64,000 nt of DNA, taken from contig CM000155.2 in NCBI GenBank assembly GCA_000004695.1, forward strand, positions 896,001 through 960,000, in the 5' to 3' direction. The notes under the pieces were generated by a model. The model had not been told where the DNA came from. It saw only the letters and a list, made by a program, of their open reading frames with translations, and searched no databases. The first letter of the stretch is position 1; each line of letters begins with the position of its first letter. The stretch is from Dictyostelium discoideum. Taxonomy: Eukaryota. A program made the position numbers and the translations under genes. Of this stretch, positions 42,073 to 54,883 are shown piece by piece.

Positions 42073-44485
42073 TATTATAATTATTAATTTTTAATTTTGA
42101 AAACCATAAATTATCTCTATCATGATAATAGTTTTTACTAATATTATCATCTTCACTTAATTTAATTATTGAATAAAAAATTAAATTAATTAAAAGATGA
42201 TGTTTTATTTCTTGAGAATAATTTTCATTTAATAAAATTAAATTCATATAAAATAAATCTCTAAATTTACAAGAATTGTAAATTATATTTAATATATTAT
42301 CACAAACCCATTTTGAATCATTTTCAATAACATAACATAATTTTTTAGAAATTTGATAAGGCGAACCAAATTCATTAAAAAATTCTTTTGAATTGAAATT
42401 AACCACACTTGAAGGTTTTAAATTACATTCTAAAAATAAATAATTTAATATACTTTCTTTAATATTATAAAAATTATTTAATAATTTAGAAATATTATAA
42501 TTTTGTTCTATTAAAATTGATGATACTGATGATACTGATGATATTGATGATGGCACTGATGATGATACTGATGATGATGTTGGTTTAAAAAATAATTTTA
42601 TAAAATTTAAATCATCAATATAAAAATAATATCTAGATTCTAAATTTTTTAAAATTAAATAATGATAAATTAATGGATTATTAATTAAAAATACTTGACT
42701 AATTACATGTGAACCAATAAGACTAGGTTGTAAATCACTATAGTTTAAAGGTTTACCACCACTACTTATAATACTATCAATTATTGTTTTAAAAATTATA
42801 AAACCTTGATAACCTTCATTTTTTAAATTTGGAATATATCTTATTAAATTTCTAAGTTGGAATGCCGATGGCCATAATGATTTAAAATTACTAAGTATAT
42901 AATTAAATATTAATAAATTTGAAGTGTTAACAGAGGTTTCTAAAATTGTTATTAACAAATTTGAATTTTTAAATAATGAAATTGATTTTTCAATAAATAA
43001 ATGCAAAGATTTTAAATCATTAAAAAATAAATCCAAATATTTATAAGTACCAGTATTCATTGAAAAATTTGTAAATTGAATAGTTTTATAATTTTCAAAA
43101 TTATTAAAAAGGAATTCAACAATTGATAATTTTGAATCGAAATGAATTGGTTTTAAAGAAACTTTATCATTTAATGTTGGTTCATTTGAAATGAAATCTA
43201 ATACAAATTTCAAATAATTACAATCAAATAATTTCTTTGTAATATTAAAAAATATTAAATCCCAATTTAATTTATGAAATTCAATTTTATTATTATTTTC
43301 AATTAAAAATTTAAATTCTTGAAATGTTGGTGAATAATTAAATCTTAATAATGAAATTATAATATTATCATTATTATAATTTATTAAATTAAAATTAAAA
43401 TTAATAATTTCTAAATTACTATTAATTATTAAACGACTGATATCTTTAGTATTGTTAACGGAAGTACTACTTGTTAAATGGAAACCATTAATTCTAAATT
43501 GATTTTGTGATGAATTTGAATTTTTCCAAAAATAATTTAAAATTTGGAAATCCAAAAACTTTGTATTTTGTTGTTTAATGTAAGGTAATGGATAATTTCC
43601 ATTGAATTGTTTTGATAGGTAATCAGATTTTAAAATGATTTTAGCCAATTCAAGATTAGAGTGAATGAAAGAAATACCAATTAAAAGACAACTTAAATTA
43701 TCTACAATTTTATCATAGGGTGCTGTGAATGGTAGTTGAAATTTAACTAAATGAATTTCGAGATCAATTAAATAATTTACTAAATAATTTAAATAAACCA
43801 AGTTATTACTTTTTAATGATTTAATTAAAACTTCAATCGCTTGAACAAATGTGAGTTCAAAATTGTGATATTTAATTTCATTTTTGAAAATTTCTAAATT
43901 ATTATCACAATCGATTGAAGTTTTATAACCATCTTTATTAATCATTGGATCGCCACCCCATCTATAAAATTTTGAATATTTTATTGGTTCTCTAAATTCA
44001 TAAATTTTTTCATTCATTAAGAATTTATAAATTTCTAAATTACCACTTTTTGCTGAACTTTTTAAAACAAATTTTTTAAATATTTGAAATTGAAATTTTG
44101 AATTATTATAAACTTTTAAAAATCTATTAAATCCTAATTCTTTATAAGATAATAGTGCTTTAAAATCTTTTTTATCATTAAATTGGAACATTGATACAAA
44201 TTTCCAATACTTTTCTCTATTAAATATTACAACATTATAATAAAATTCGAATAAATAATCAAATAATTTAAATAATTTTTTTGATAATAATTCTTTAATT
44301 GAAAAATCATATGATCTTTTTAATTCTTTTTTAATTTCATAAATTTTATAAAATTCATTTTCATTATTATCATCATCATCATCTAAATATTCAAATCTAA
44401 CAAATTTAAATATTTTATTTGAAATTACAATATTATTAAAAACTTTTTTATATAATATATAATTATTATTATTGTTATTATTCAT
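41759..44485 (-). CDS. Large N/I/K-rich hypothetical protein (Dictyostelium-type low complexity; no recognised domain)
   Basis: Continuous 908-aa ORF from ATG 44485. It contains poly-N coded by (ATT)n at 42000..42070 and S/V-rich repeats (SSVSSSVPSSISSVSSVSS). The family was not recognised. Confidence 0.45.
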
Positions 44486-44720
44486 TTTATTTATAATGTT
44501 TAAAATAAAAAAAATAAAAAAATAAAAAAATTTGATAAAAATCTATTTGAGTGAAAAAAAAAAAAAAAAAAAAAAAAATCTAAAAAAAAAAAAATAAGAA
44601 ATAAATAAGAAAAAAAAAAAAAAGATAAAACAATTATCTTCTATAAATTTTTTAATTTTATTTAATTTTATTTTATTATTTTTTTTTTATTATTATTATT
44701 ATTTATTATTATTATTATTA

Positions 44721-45593
44721 TTAAGTTCTATAATGAGAATTTGCTTTAACATAATCAACTGTTAAATCACAAGTCCACATAGTATAATTTTGATTACCAT
44801 TATTTAAATCAACAATTATACTAATATCTTTATTTGATAATAATTTGGCAGCTTTTTCATCATCTTTTGGAGTTGGTTGACCATCTTTAAGGAATTGCAT
44901 TGCAATGAGAGGATCATTCTTTTGACCGATACCAATATTATCACCATAACCAGATGCGAACCACATTGAAATATTTGAAGGTACAACACCATCAGCACCA
45001 CTATAACCAACAGCGGCTAAAACTCTACCCCAATTTGCATCTTCACCATACATTGCTGTCTTTACCAATGAAGAGGTTGCAATTGAATTTGCAATGATTT
45101 TACCATCCTTTTCGGTTTTAGCACCTCTAACTACCACACTGATGAACTTGGTTGCACCTTCAGCATCTCTGACGATCATTTGAGCCAATTCAGTTGCACA
45201 TTCTCTCATTGCTTTCTCTAATAATAAATACTCTTTGGAATTGGTTGAATCAATTCTCTTGTTACCTGCCAAACCATTTGAAAATACTGCAACCGTATCA
45301 TTGGTACTCATATCACCATCAACATTAATACTATTGAATGAATAATCAATTGAATGTTTTAATGCACTCTTTAATGCTTCCTCACTAATATCTGCATCTG
45401 TACAAAGTGTACATAACATTGTTGCCATATTTGGATGAATCATACCTGCTCCTTTGCAAATACCTGTAATATTAACTTGTTTACCTTGAATTTCAATTTG
45501 TTTTTGAACTAATTTTGGTACTTTATCTGTTGTCATAATTGCTTTTGCTGCCTTTGAAAAAAAAATAAAAAAAAATAAAAAAAATTATTAATA

Positions 45594-45646
<53 letters not shown>

Positions 45647-46210
45647 AATTAAATACATACTGATAACCAATCATCTTTTAAATTTTCAGATGCTTTTGTA
45701 ATACCAAGTTCAACTTTTTTCATATCTAATTGTTGACCAATAATACCAGTTGACTTTAATAATAAAAATAAAAGTTAATAATTAATTTATAAATTTTAAA
45801 TATATATAAATATTTACTTACCATTACTAATGATTGTTGTTTTGCATTTACCAATTTTGAAGATAAAAAAGACATTGTTTGAGCATTTTTTTCACCTTCT
45901 GGACCTGTACAAGCATTAGCACCACCACTATTTATAATTAAAGATTGGAAACCAGTGTTTTTATGTTTCTCTATTAATGACTTGCTTAATAAAACTGGTG
46001 CTGCTTTAACTTTATTCTCTGTAAATACTGCTGCAACATTACATTCTTTCTCTGAATGAATTAAACAAATATCTAATGCTCCACTCTTTTTTAATCCGCA
46101 TGCATATGTACCAGTTTTAAATCCTTTTGGTGATGTTGTTGTCTTTTTTTATTTTTTTTTTTTTTTTATTTTTTTTTTTTTTTAATCCCAAATAAAAAAA
46201 AATAAAAAAA

Positions 46211-46241
<31 letters not shown>

Positions 46242-46478
46242 ATTTTTATTTTATTATTGTTATTATTTTTGATAATAAATAAGTTTTATTATTATTTTTA
46301 TTATATATTTTAAAATAAAATTTACAAAATAATTTTTTGAAATAAAATAAATAAAATAAAATAAAATAAAAATAAATGATTTTCAACAATTTACATTTTT
46401 TATAGTACTATAATGTCTTAAAAAAGAAGTAGTTGTTGAGTTTTGAAATAATTTTTTATTAACTATATTTGAAAACAT
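44721..46478 (-). CDS. argJ: Arginine biosynthesis bifunctional protein ArgJ (glutamate N-acetyltransferase / ornithine acetyltransferase), mitochondrial. Four exons: 46478..46395, 46142..45822, 45753..45661, 45551..44721
   Basis: Exon 1 is a presequence-like MFSNIVNKKLFQNSTTTSFLRHYSTIKN, with a GTAAAT donor at 46394. Exon 2 encodes TTTSPKGFKTGTYACGLKKSGALDICLIHSEKECNVAAVFTENKVKAAPV...GANACTGPEG...SLVM, with a GTAAGT donor at 45821. Exon 3 encodes STGVIGQQLDMKKVELGITKASENLKDDWLS, with a GTATGT donor at 45660. Exon 4 encodes AAKAIMTTDKVPK...GMIHPNMATMLCTLCTDA (the ATML autoproteolytic site) ...ISVVVRGAKTE... Acceptors AAG at 46145..46143, AAG at 45756..45754 and AAG at 45554..45552. Intron 3 contains a (TA)22 repeat. 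Confidence 0.75.
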
Positions 46479-46592
46479 GTTTTTTTTTTTTTTTTTTTTT
46501 ATATTATATTATTGTTTTTATTTTTTTTTTTTTTTTATTTTTTTTTTTTTTTTTTATATGAAAACTTGAAGTTATGTGTATTGAATTAATAA

Positions 46593-46626
<34 letters not shown>

Positions 46627-47088
46627 TGAAAAAAAAAAAAAGTAAAAAATAAAAAAAAAAAAAAAAAAGATTAGTGGAAGTGCGATAAAAAAAATATCAA
46701 TGGACCAGAAAAGCCAATTTTATTTTTTTTTTATTTTTTTTTTATTTTTTTTTATTTTTTTTTATATAAGAAAATAAAAATATAAAAAAATAAAAAAATT
46801 TAAAAAAATTTAAAAAAATCTTCAATTATTTGTCACTTGTGCAATAAGCCGTGTGCGGCTTCATCGCCGAAATTTTTTCAAAAACCAAATTTTTTTTTTT
46901 ACTTTTGTTTATACAAATATTTCCATTAAATTTTTAATTTGGTTTTTAATTTTTTTATTCCAAACCAATAATAAAATAAAATTAAAAAAAAAAAAAAAAT
47001 AATAGAAAAAATAAAAAATAAAAATATAATCACAAAAATTACAATCATTTGAATCGCAATCACAAATACCGACATCAAAAAATTTGTT

Positions 47089-47123
<35 letters not shown>

Positions 47124-47653
47124 TTAATAAAAAAAAAAATATAAAATAAAATAATCAACTTATAATTTTAAGGTTATTATTTTTTGGTAAAAGCCGAAAA
47201 TGAAAAAAAAAATAAAAAATAAAAAATTATTGTTTATTTCACAGAAAAAAAATTGCATGATCATTTTTTTTTTTTTAGAAAAGTGAAAAAGACAATAAAA
47301 AAATGAAAAAATAAAAAAATAAAAATAAAAAAAAACAAATTAAAATAATTAAAATAATTAATTACAAAAAATGTTAAATTTGCATTTTTTTTAATTTTGT
47401 AAGATTTACCTAAAAAATCAACATTGGCCTCCCAAAAATTAAATAATTTTCAAAAAAAAAAAAAAATAATAATTAAAAAAAATTAAAATTTATTTTTTTA
47501 TTTTTTTTTTTTCGAGCAATAAAATTTTTTTTTTTTTATTTTTTTTTTAATAGATGTGTGACATCATACCATTTTATTTTTCATTTCACTTTTTTTTGTA
47601 AAAATTTGTATATATAAAAAAAAAAATCAAACAAAATAATAATATAAATAAAA

Positions 47654-49093
47654 ATGAGTAATCAAAGAGTTTTATATTGGCCAGAGACCTATAATAATAT
47701 AAAAGAACTTGGTAGAGGTGTTAGTGGTGTTGTTTATAAAGCATCACATAAGAAAACAGGTCAAATTGTAGCTATAAAATTAGTTGATATGAAACAAAGT
47801 AAAATTTCAACAGAGTATGTTTTCAATTAAAAAAAATAAAAATAATTATAAAATAAAAAAAAAGTTAAAAATAATAATAATAATAAAAAAAAAAAAAAAT
47901 ATATATATATATATTTTAGACAAATTCAAGGTGAAATTAGAGCATTATTAACATTAAATCCAGAGAATGAAAGAACACATATAAATATTATAAAATTAAT
48001 TCAATGTTTTGTAAGTACCTAATATAATTTAAATTTTAAAATTTAATATAAAAAAATCCAAATTTTAATTTTTTTTTAAGATACATAAAACTACAGCAAT
48101 TTTTATATTAGAATATGTTGATGGTGGAACATTAGAAGATTTTATGTATAGTTTTGAAAGAGGTATGCCATTATCATTAATAAGTCATTGTTTATATCAA
48201 TCAGTGAATGCAATTGAATATATGAATTCAAAGAAATGTTCACATCGTGATATTAAACCGGCAAATATATTAATGTTAAGAAATCGTAAACCAAAATTAA
48301 AACAGCAGAGTGAACAACAACAACAAGAGGATGGTGGATATATTAGATATAGTGGACAATTTCAATTGGAACCATCATCACAAGAGAATAATAATTATCA
48401 ATTTGATCCAGACGAATTACCAATTCTTAAAGTTACAGATTATGGGTACGCATCGATTAGTGGTAATGATAGTGCAGAGATTCATTCGACATTGGCAGGC
48501 TCACCACTTTATATGGCACCAGAGATTATACATATTATATTATCACCCTTTTTAGAGCCTGGTACTGGTAAACTATCAGCTGACAGTTCCGAAGGTTACA
48601 ATCCTTTGTTAGTCGATGTTTGGGCAATTGGTGCAGTAGCATTCAGATTAATAACGGGTGATGATTTAATTAGTGTAATCTTTCCAAATTTAAATCAAAC
48701 TACTGTTTTAGCTGCTTTGGTTAATTTAGCGAAAATGATCGATAATGGTGATTTCCAAAAGGGTTTAGATAGTATACCCAATGAAATTCGTAAATATGGT
48801 CTTGTTGATCCTGATATTGAATTGGGTATTTCTTTTATCACATCTTTACTTCAATTAGATCCAAAGAAAAGATTGCCATTAAAAGAAACTTTAAATCATC
48901 CTTTCCTTGCAAAAGGTAAATTATCTTTTACTCAAACTTTAAACCAACATTATAAAGATAATAAAGATGTTTTAGGTTCAATTGTACCTTCAGATATTTC
49001 AAATTTTTTAAATCAAAATCAACAACAACAACAACAACAACAAAAATCATTTTCAACTTCATCATTACCACAAGTTAATCATAATAATGATAC

Positions 49094-49180
<87 letters not shown>

Positions 49181-49838
49181 AAAAGATAAAGATAATCAAT
49201 CAAATAATTCATCATCATCTTCTTCATCATCATCACCACCATCACCAACAATTTCAAAATCATCACCATCATCATTATCATCATCATTATCACCATCATC
49301 ATCAACTGATGATTTACCAAAAGCAATGAAATGGTCATCATCAGTTAAACCACCTAAGAAATCAAATTTTGCTCCAACCTTTTTATCACATCAAAGAAGT
49401 GATAAGATAACCTTATTTCCAAAACTTTTACCACCACCAACTAAAGATGCACCACCATTAGAAACAATGAATTGGAGAAGTCCACCAGTTGAAGTTGGTG
49501 ATAGTATCACTTGGACAACATTAACACAAGATGCTATATTTCAAGTTCAATTTAGTGTTTTAACTTCATTCCTAAAGGTAATCTCTGCTTCAAATTCTTA
49601 TCAATTCCGTATTATCACCTCTTTAACAAAGGTACCATTAGAAATCGCTGTTTCAAATCATAAAGATACTATCCTTTATATGTATAATATTGTAAAATCA
49701 GTTATTGCACCTCAATTAATTTCACTTTCCAATGCTTTCGATGAAAATTCAATTCGTTCTGTATTAGCTGCTATCCTTTATCAAATTGGTACTGAAACTG
49801 AACAAGCTGAAATTGCAAATTGTTGGACTTTAGTTTAA
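47654..49838 (+). CDS. Ser/Thr protein kinase with a DYG (not DFG) motif, a long activation-segment insert and a poly-N/Ser-rich C-terminal region. Three exons: 47654..47814, 47920..48010, 48081..49838
   Basis: Kinase motifs: ELGRGVSGVVYKA (G-loop), VAIKLV (VAIK), EQIQGEIRALLTL, HRDIKPANIL (catalytic loop), VTDYGYA (DYG), SPLYMAPEI (APE) and DVWAIGAV. Donor GTATGT at 47815 (phase 2), acceptor TAG at 47917..47919. Donor GTAAGT at 48011 (phase 0), acceptor AAG at 48078..48080. Confidence 0.65.
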
Positions 49839-50126
49839 AAAAAAAAAATAAATAAATAAAAAAAAAGAAATAAATAAAAAAAAAGAAATAAATAAACATT
49901 TAAAAAATAAAAAAAAGTAATAATAATATTTTAAATAATAAAATGAAAAAAAAAAGATTTTAAACTTTAAATTTTCTTAATTGTTTAATTCTATTTGATA
50001 GAATTATTAAAAACTAATTTAAAAATATCTTTATTTTTTTTTTTTTTTTTTTTTAAAAAAACACAATATTTACTTTAACCTAACTGTTTGCTTCTGCTGT
50101 TGGCTTGTTTCTTTTTCTTTTGTTTT

Positions 50127-50160
<34 letters not shown>

Positions 50161-50579
50161 GGGCTTCTATATGAAGAATTTACAAAATGAATTGGAGGAG
50201 TGCAGCATTTACAACCCTTTGAGACAATGATCTTTATTTTCAACTTTACAATTTTTCCTAAACAACTAAGATGATCTTTCCTTTCATGCTTTTTTTTTGT
50301 ATAACACTAATACCTCTCGATAGAATGTTCAACCATTTAAATGTATGCATATAAATTTTTGATTTTTTCTTTTATAACTTTCCATTTTTTTTCCATTTTT
50401 TTTCTCACATTTTTTTTTAATTTTGCCTTAATAAAATGTATTTAATTAAAAAAAGTCTCTTTTTTAATGTCATTTTTAACTTTTTTTAATAATAATAATT
50501 ATAAAAACTAATGAATTCAAAAACACTCTAAAATTCAATTATTTTGTTTGGAAAAACCAATTTTGTTTGAAAAAAAAAA

Positions 50580-51959
50580 ATGATTAAAAAAGAATTATCA
50601 AATTATATTCAAAATTATATAATAAAAATTATAGTCAAATATATAAATTCAGAAAAAAGTAGATTGGATGATAATCAATTTAAAGATTATAATAAATTTA
50701 AAAATAAAATTGAAAAATTAATAGAATCAATAGCATTGGTTTGTTGGAGATGGTTTGAAAATGTTTCAAAAAATTTAAATGTTTCAATTGATTATGATTG
50801 TTTAAAAAACAATAATGATAATAATAATAATAAAGAAAAATATTTAATTATTAAACCAAATAATATTAATATTTTAAAGATTAGTAGAGAAAAATTTTCA
50901 TTTATTCAAGGTAATTCCAATTTTTTTATTCCACCAAAAAGAAAATATTTAATTGAATTGGAACAATTTTTAAAAGAATTAAATGATAATATTAAATTAT
51001 TAAAAAATTTAAATCAAATTTTAATTGATAATAATGATTTTGGTATAAATATAAATAATGAATATAAAAGTTTTGAAAAAAGTTTATTATATTTATTAAT
51101 TAAAAGAATTAAAAGATATAAAATATTAAATAAAAATAGTAGTAATTGTAATGAAGAAATTAAAATTGAAATTAAAATTGGATTATCATTATTAACACCA
51201 TTAATGATTATAAAACCACTATTAAATGATTTAATAATAGTTAATGGTGGTGGTGATTCAATTATTAATGAAAATGATTTAAAATCAATTAATTTTATTG
51301 AAAAGATTTCAAATAAAAATTTAGATAATTCAGTATCTGATAGTTTTAAATCAAATGAATTAAAAGTTATTTTAACAAATATTTCAAAAATTAATTCTAT
51401 TGAAGTTTATAATATTAATGAATTATCATTAAAATCAATGTCAAATTATTATAAATCAATTAATAATATTAATATAATTGATCAAGTTTATGAAATTATA
51501 AAAATTCAACAATTATTAAAAGCAATACCAAATTTAAAGAAATTTGAATTTTCATTTTGTTATACAATGTTTTATTATTACTTTTCAAATGGTAATTCAA
51601 ATTTCCTTTGTAATTGTACGGAAACTAATAATGATAGTTTAAATGAATTTAATGAAAATTGGAATTTTATTAAAAATTATATTATAAATAGTAATTGTTT
51701 AATTGAATTATCAATTCAAAGTCAATGTGATATTAATGGTAAAAATGGTGATTTTTTAAATCCTTCATTTTTATTAAAAAATGATCATTATTTTATAAAT
51801 TCTTTTATTTCAATTTTAAATTTAAATAATTCAATTAAAAATTTAAAAATTTCAATTTTAGATAATAATCAAAATAATAATATTATTCTTTCAATTTTAA
51901 ATAATAATAATAATAATAATAATAATATTAAAAAAATAAATAACTTAAAAATAAATTAA
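50580..51959 (+). CDS. N/I/K-rich hypothetical protein
   Basis: Continuous 459-aa ORF from ATG 50580. It has the typical Dictyostelium low-complexity composition and no recognised domain. Confidence 0.4.
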   Translation: MIKKELSNYIQNYIIKIIVKYINSEKSRLDDNQFKDYNKFKNKIEKLIESIALVCWRWFENVSKNLNVSIDYDCLKNNNDNNNNKEKYLIIKPNNINILKISREKFSFIQGNSNFFIPPKRKYLIELEQFLKELNDNIKLLKNLNQILIDNNDFGININNEYKSFEKSLLYLLIKRIKRYKILNKNSSNCNEEIKIEIKIGLSLLTPLMIIKPLLNDLIIVNGGGDSIINENDLKSINFIEKISNKNLDNSVSDSFKSNELKVILTNISKINSIEVYNINELSLKSMSNYYKSINNINIIDQVYEIIKIQQLLKAIPNLKKFEFSFCYTMFYYYFSNGNSNFLCNCTETNNDSLNEFNENWNFIKNYIINSNCLIELSIQSQCDINGKNGDFLNPSFLLKNDHYFINSFISILNLNNSIKNLKISILDNNQNNNIILSILNNNNNNNNNIKKINNLKIN

Positions 51960-52053
51960 AACATTATTACATTTTTATATTTTATATAATTAATTATTTT
52001 ATTATTTTATTATTTTATTATTATTTTTTATTTTATTATTATTATTATTATTT

Positions 52054-52810
52054 TTAATTTGAATTTGATCTTGATCTTGATCTTGATCTTTCTCTTGATC
52101 TTCCATTACCATTTGCATTATTACCAGAGTCAGCAGAAGCAGCATCGCCAGCTGCAATTCTTTCTTTAGAGAGTGAAGAATCTCTCTTTTTTTCTTTTTT
52201 TAGAGATCTTGAACGATCTCTTGAACGATCTCTACTTCTATCTCTTGAACGATCTCTTCTACTACTATAACGACTACCACCACCATTTGATCTTGAACGA
52301 TCTCTACTTCTATCTCTACTATTATTTCTTCTTCTATCTCTACTAGTGTCTCTTATTATATTACCACCATCTCTTGAACGATCTCTACTTCTATCTCTAG
52401 AACGATCTCTTGAGGTATCTCTATTTCTTCTGGCATCTCTTGATCTATCTCTACTTCTATCTCTTGATCTTTCTCTTCTACCATCTCTTGATCTATCTCT
52501 ACTTCTGTCTCTACGATCTCTTCTTCTATCTCTTCTATCTCTAGAACGATCTCTAGAACGGTCTCTTGAACGATCTCTAGAACGATCCCTTGATCTATCT
52601 CTACGATCCCATGATGGTGATCTATATCTTCTTGATCTTCTATCTCTTGAATGTGAACGACTTAGGGATCTATCTCTTGATCTTTTCTTTCCACCATTTG
52701 GACAACTTTTTATCCAATGACCTTCTTGACCACATGCAAAACATTTATTATTATCAGCTATTTATTTTTTTTTTTTTTTTTCACAGTAATAATAAAATAA
52801 AAAATCAGTA

Positions 52811-52898
<88 letters not shown>

Positions 52899-52900
52899 GT

Positions 52901-52932
<32 letters not shown>

Positions 52933-53762
52933 ATTTTAAATTTTATAAAAAAAATAGCAAATATAGGTTTAAGAATGGACACAAAAGAAGCAAAAACATA
53001 AAGAAAAAGATGAATTATGTTGAATGGCATATAGCAATTAGCAATAAATAACACAAACGGTGGAGAGGTGGGAAAGGATGAAGTGAGCACAAAGGAAGGA
53101 AAAAGAGTGAAAAAGGGAAAAGGAGAGAGTGAGACACACAAGACACAAGGTGACTAATGATAATTAATTATCAAATAGTAGTGGATGAGCCATCATGAAT
53201 GAAATGAATGCCTAAAATGACCAATCTTGGGGGTTTTTTTTTTTTTTTTTTTTCTTTTGAAATTAACCAAAAAATTGTAAAAAAAAAAAAAAAAAAAAAA
53301 AAGGTTCTGGCTCTGCTTAATGACCCATTGGAATGATCGGAGAATTAAGAGGCAACTTTTTTTTTTTTTTTTTTTTTTCTGGGCTTTTTTTCTTGGAAAA
53401 AAAAAAAACGGATCTGAAGCGTGATTTAACCGACAAAAATGGAAACGGGAATTCTTAATTTTTTAATTTTTTAATTTTTTTTCCCCTCTTTTTAAAAATA
53501 AAAAAATAAAAAAATTACCTAGAAAAGCAAGGCAAGTAGCAAACTTCTAGGGGGGGCATGAAATAAATTTAGTCAACAGCAAAACATGTCTGTCCCACAA
53601 ACAAAATTTTTTTTTTTTTTTTCCTTTTTTTTTTTTTTTTTTTTTTTTTTCTAAAAACAAAGTGTGGTGGGGTGGGGTGATTTTTTTTTTTTTTTTTTTC
53701 CCAATGAAAAATACAAAAATATTGAGATTTTTATAATTTGAAAAAGAGAGAAAAAGAGAGAG

Positions 53763-53798
<36 letters not shown>

Positions 53799-54082
53799 GA
53801 TGCAGATTGTTAATATAAAGAAAAATAATAAAAAAATAAAAACTTACCATTTTTACCACCTTTTGCCCATTCAACTGAAATTTTACTATTTAATAAGGTT
53901 GTACCATTTAATGCTTTTAAAGCATCATCTGCATCTCTTCTTTCTTTATATTCAACGAAAGCATAACATCTTCCGTTTGTTTTCTTTACATCATTTCTAG
54001 TAATTGTACCATATTTTGAAAAATGGTCATTTAAATTTTTTTGGGTGGTTTCGACTGATAATCTACCTATGTATAATGACAT
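52054..54082 (-). CDS. SR-type splicing factor (SRSF7/9G8-like: RRM + CCHC zinc knuckle + Arg-Asp/Arg-Ser repeat tail). Two exons, 54082..53848 and 52757..52054, separated by a 1090-nt intron
   Basis: Exon 1 is an RRM: MSLYIGRLSVETTQKNLNDHFSKYGTITRNDVKKTNGRCYAFVEYKERRDADDALKALNGTTLLNSKISVEWAKGGKN, with a GTAAGT donor at 53847 (phase 1). Exon 2 follows TAG at 52760..52758 and encodes ADNNKCFACGQEGHWIKSCPNGG (CCHC knuckle), then about 200 aa of RDRS/RSRD dipeptide repeats and the C-terminus ...RSRSRSNSN*. The ORF-track ORF 52346..52720(+) is the antisense of the RS repeat. Confidence 0.65.
53058..53152 (-). promoter_or_regulatory. Pyrimidine tract of about 95 nt (about 84% C+U on the transcribed minus strand) embedded in the long SR-gene intron. 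Candidate splicing-regulatory element
   Basis: The plus strand reads acggtggagaggtgggaaaggatgaagtgagcacaaaggaaggaaaaagagtgaaaaagggaaaaggagagagtgagacacacaagacacaaggtgac. Such a GC-containing strand-asymmetric tract is very atypical in this AT-rich genome. Confidence 0.35.
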
Positions 54083-54154
54083 ATTTACTATTTATATTTA
54101 TATTTATTATTTTTATTATTATATATGTTTTTATATAATATTTATACTTTTAAT

Positions 54155-54188
<34 letters not shown>

Positions 54189-54883
54189 AAAATAAAGCCC
54201 GCACTAATATATAAGAATTTTTTTTTATTTTTTTTTTTTTTTTAATGTATATCCACAAAAAGTTGTTTTTTTATTTTATTTTTTATAAATTATTTTATTA
54301 ATTATTTACAATTATATTACAATGTCAATTTAATTCGTTTTTTTTTTTTTTTTTCTGTTTATTTTTTATTTTTTATTTTTTAATATATCTTGTTATGCTA
54401 TTTTAGAGGTGTGTGGGTGAGTGGAAAAAAAAAAAAAAAAAAAAATAAAAAAATTTATAAAAAAAAATGAAAAAAAAAAAAATAAAAAAGAAAAAAAAAA
54501 GAAAAAAATAAAAAAAAAAAAAAAAAAAAGAAAAAAAAATTAAAAAAAATTTTAAAAAAAAAAAAAAAAAAAAAAAAATCAAACAAAAATGATGTTTTAA
54601 TTATTTGTTATTTTATTTATTTACTTTTATTATTATTATAATTATAATTAGAAACAATTGTAATTGTATAATTTATTTTAATTTTTTTTTTTTTTTTTTT
54701 CATATTTTTTAATTATTTTATTTTATTTTTTTTTTAAAATTTTTTTTTTCAATCGAACGAAGAAATTTTTTTGATATATTTATTTTTTTTTAAATTTTTT
54801 TTTTCTTTTTCAAAACAAATGATTAAAAATAAAAATAAAAAATAAAAAAATATAAAAAATAAAAAAAAATAAAAAATAAATAA

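Noticed and set aside
52346-52720. Plus-strand ORF SLERSLERS..
   Set aside because: It is antisense to the RD/RS dipeptide-repeat exon of the SR-protein gene. The sense frame contains the CCHC knuckle and joins the upstream RRM exon.
53294-53356. Candidate Pol III small RNA: a GC-rich stretch of about 55 nt ending in T18
   Set aside because: No A/B box, no DUSE at the expected -60 position and no convincing terminal stem. It is kept only as part of the SR-intron finding.
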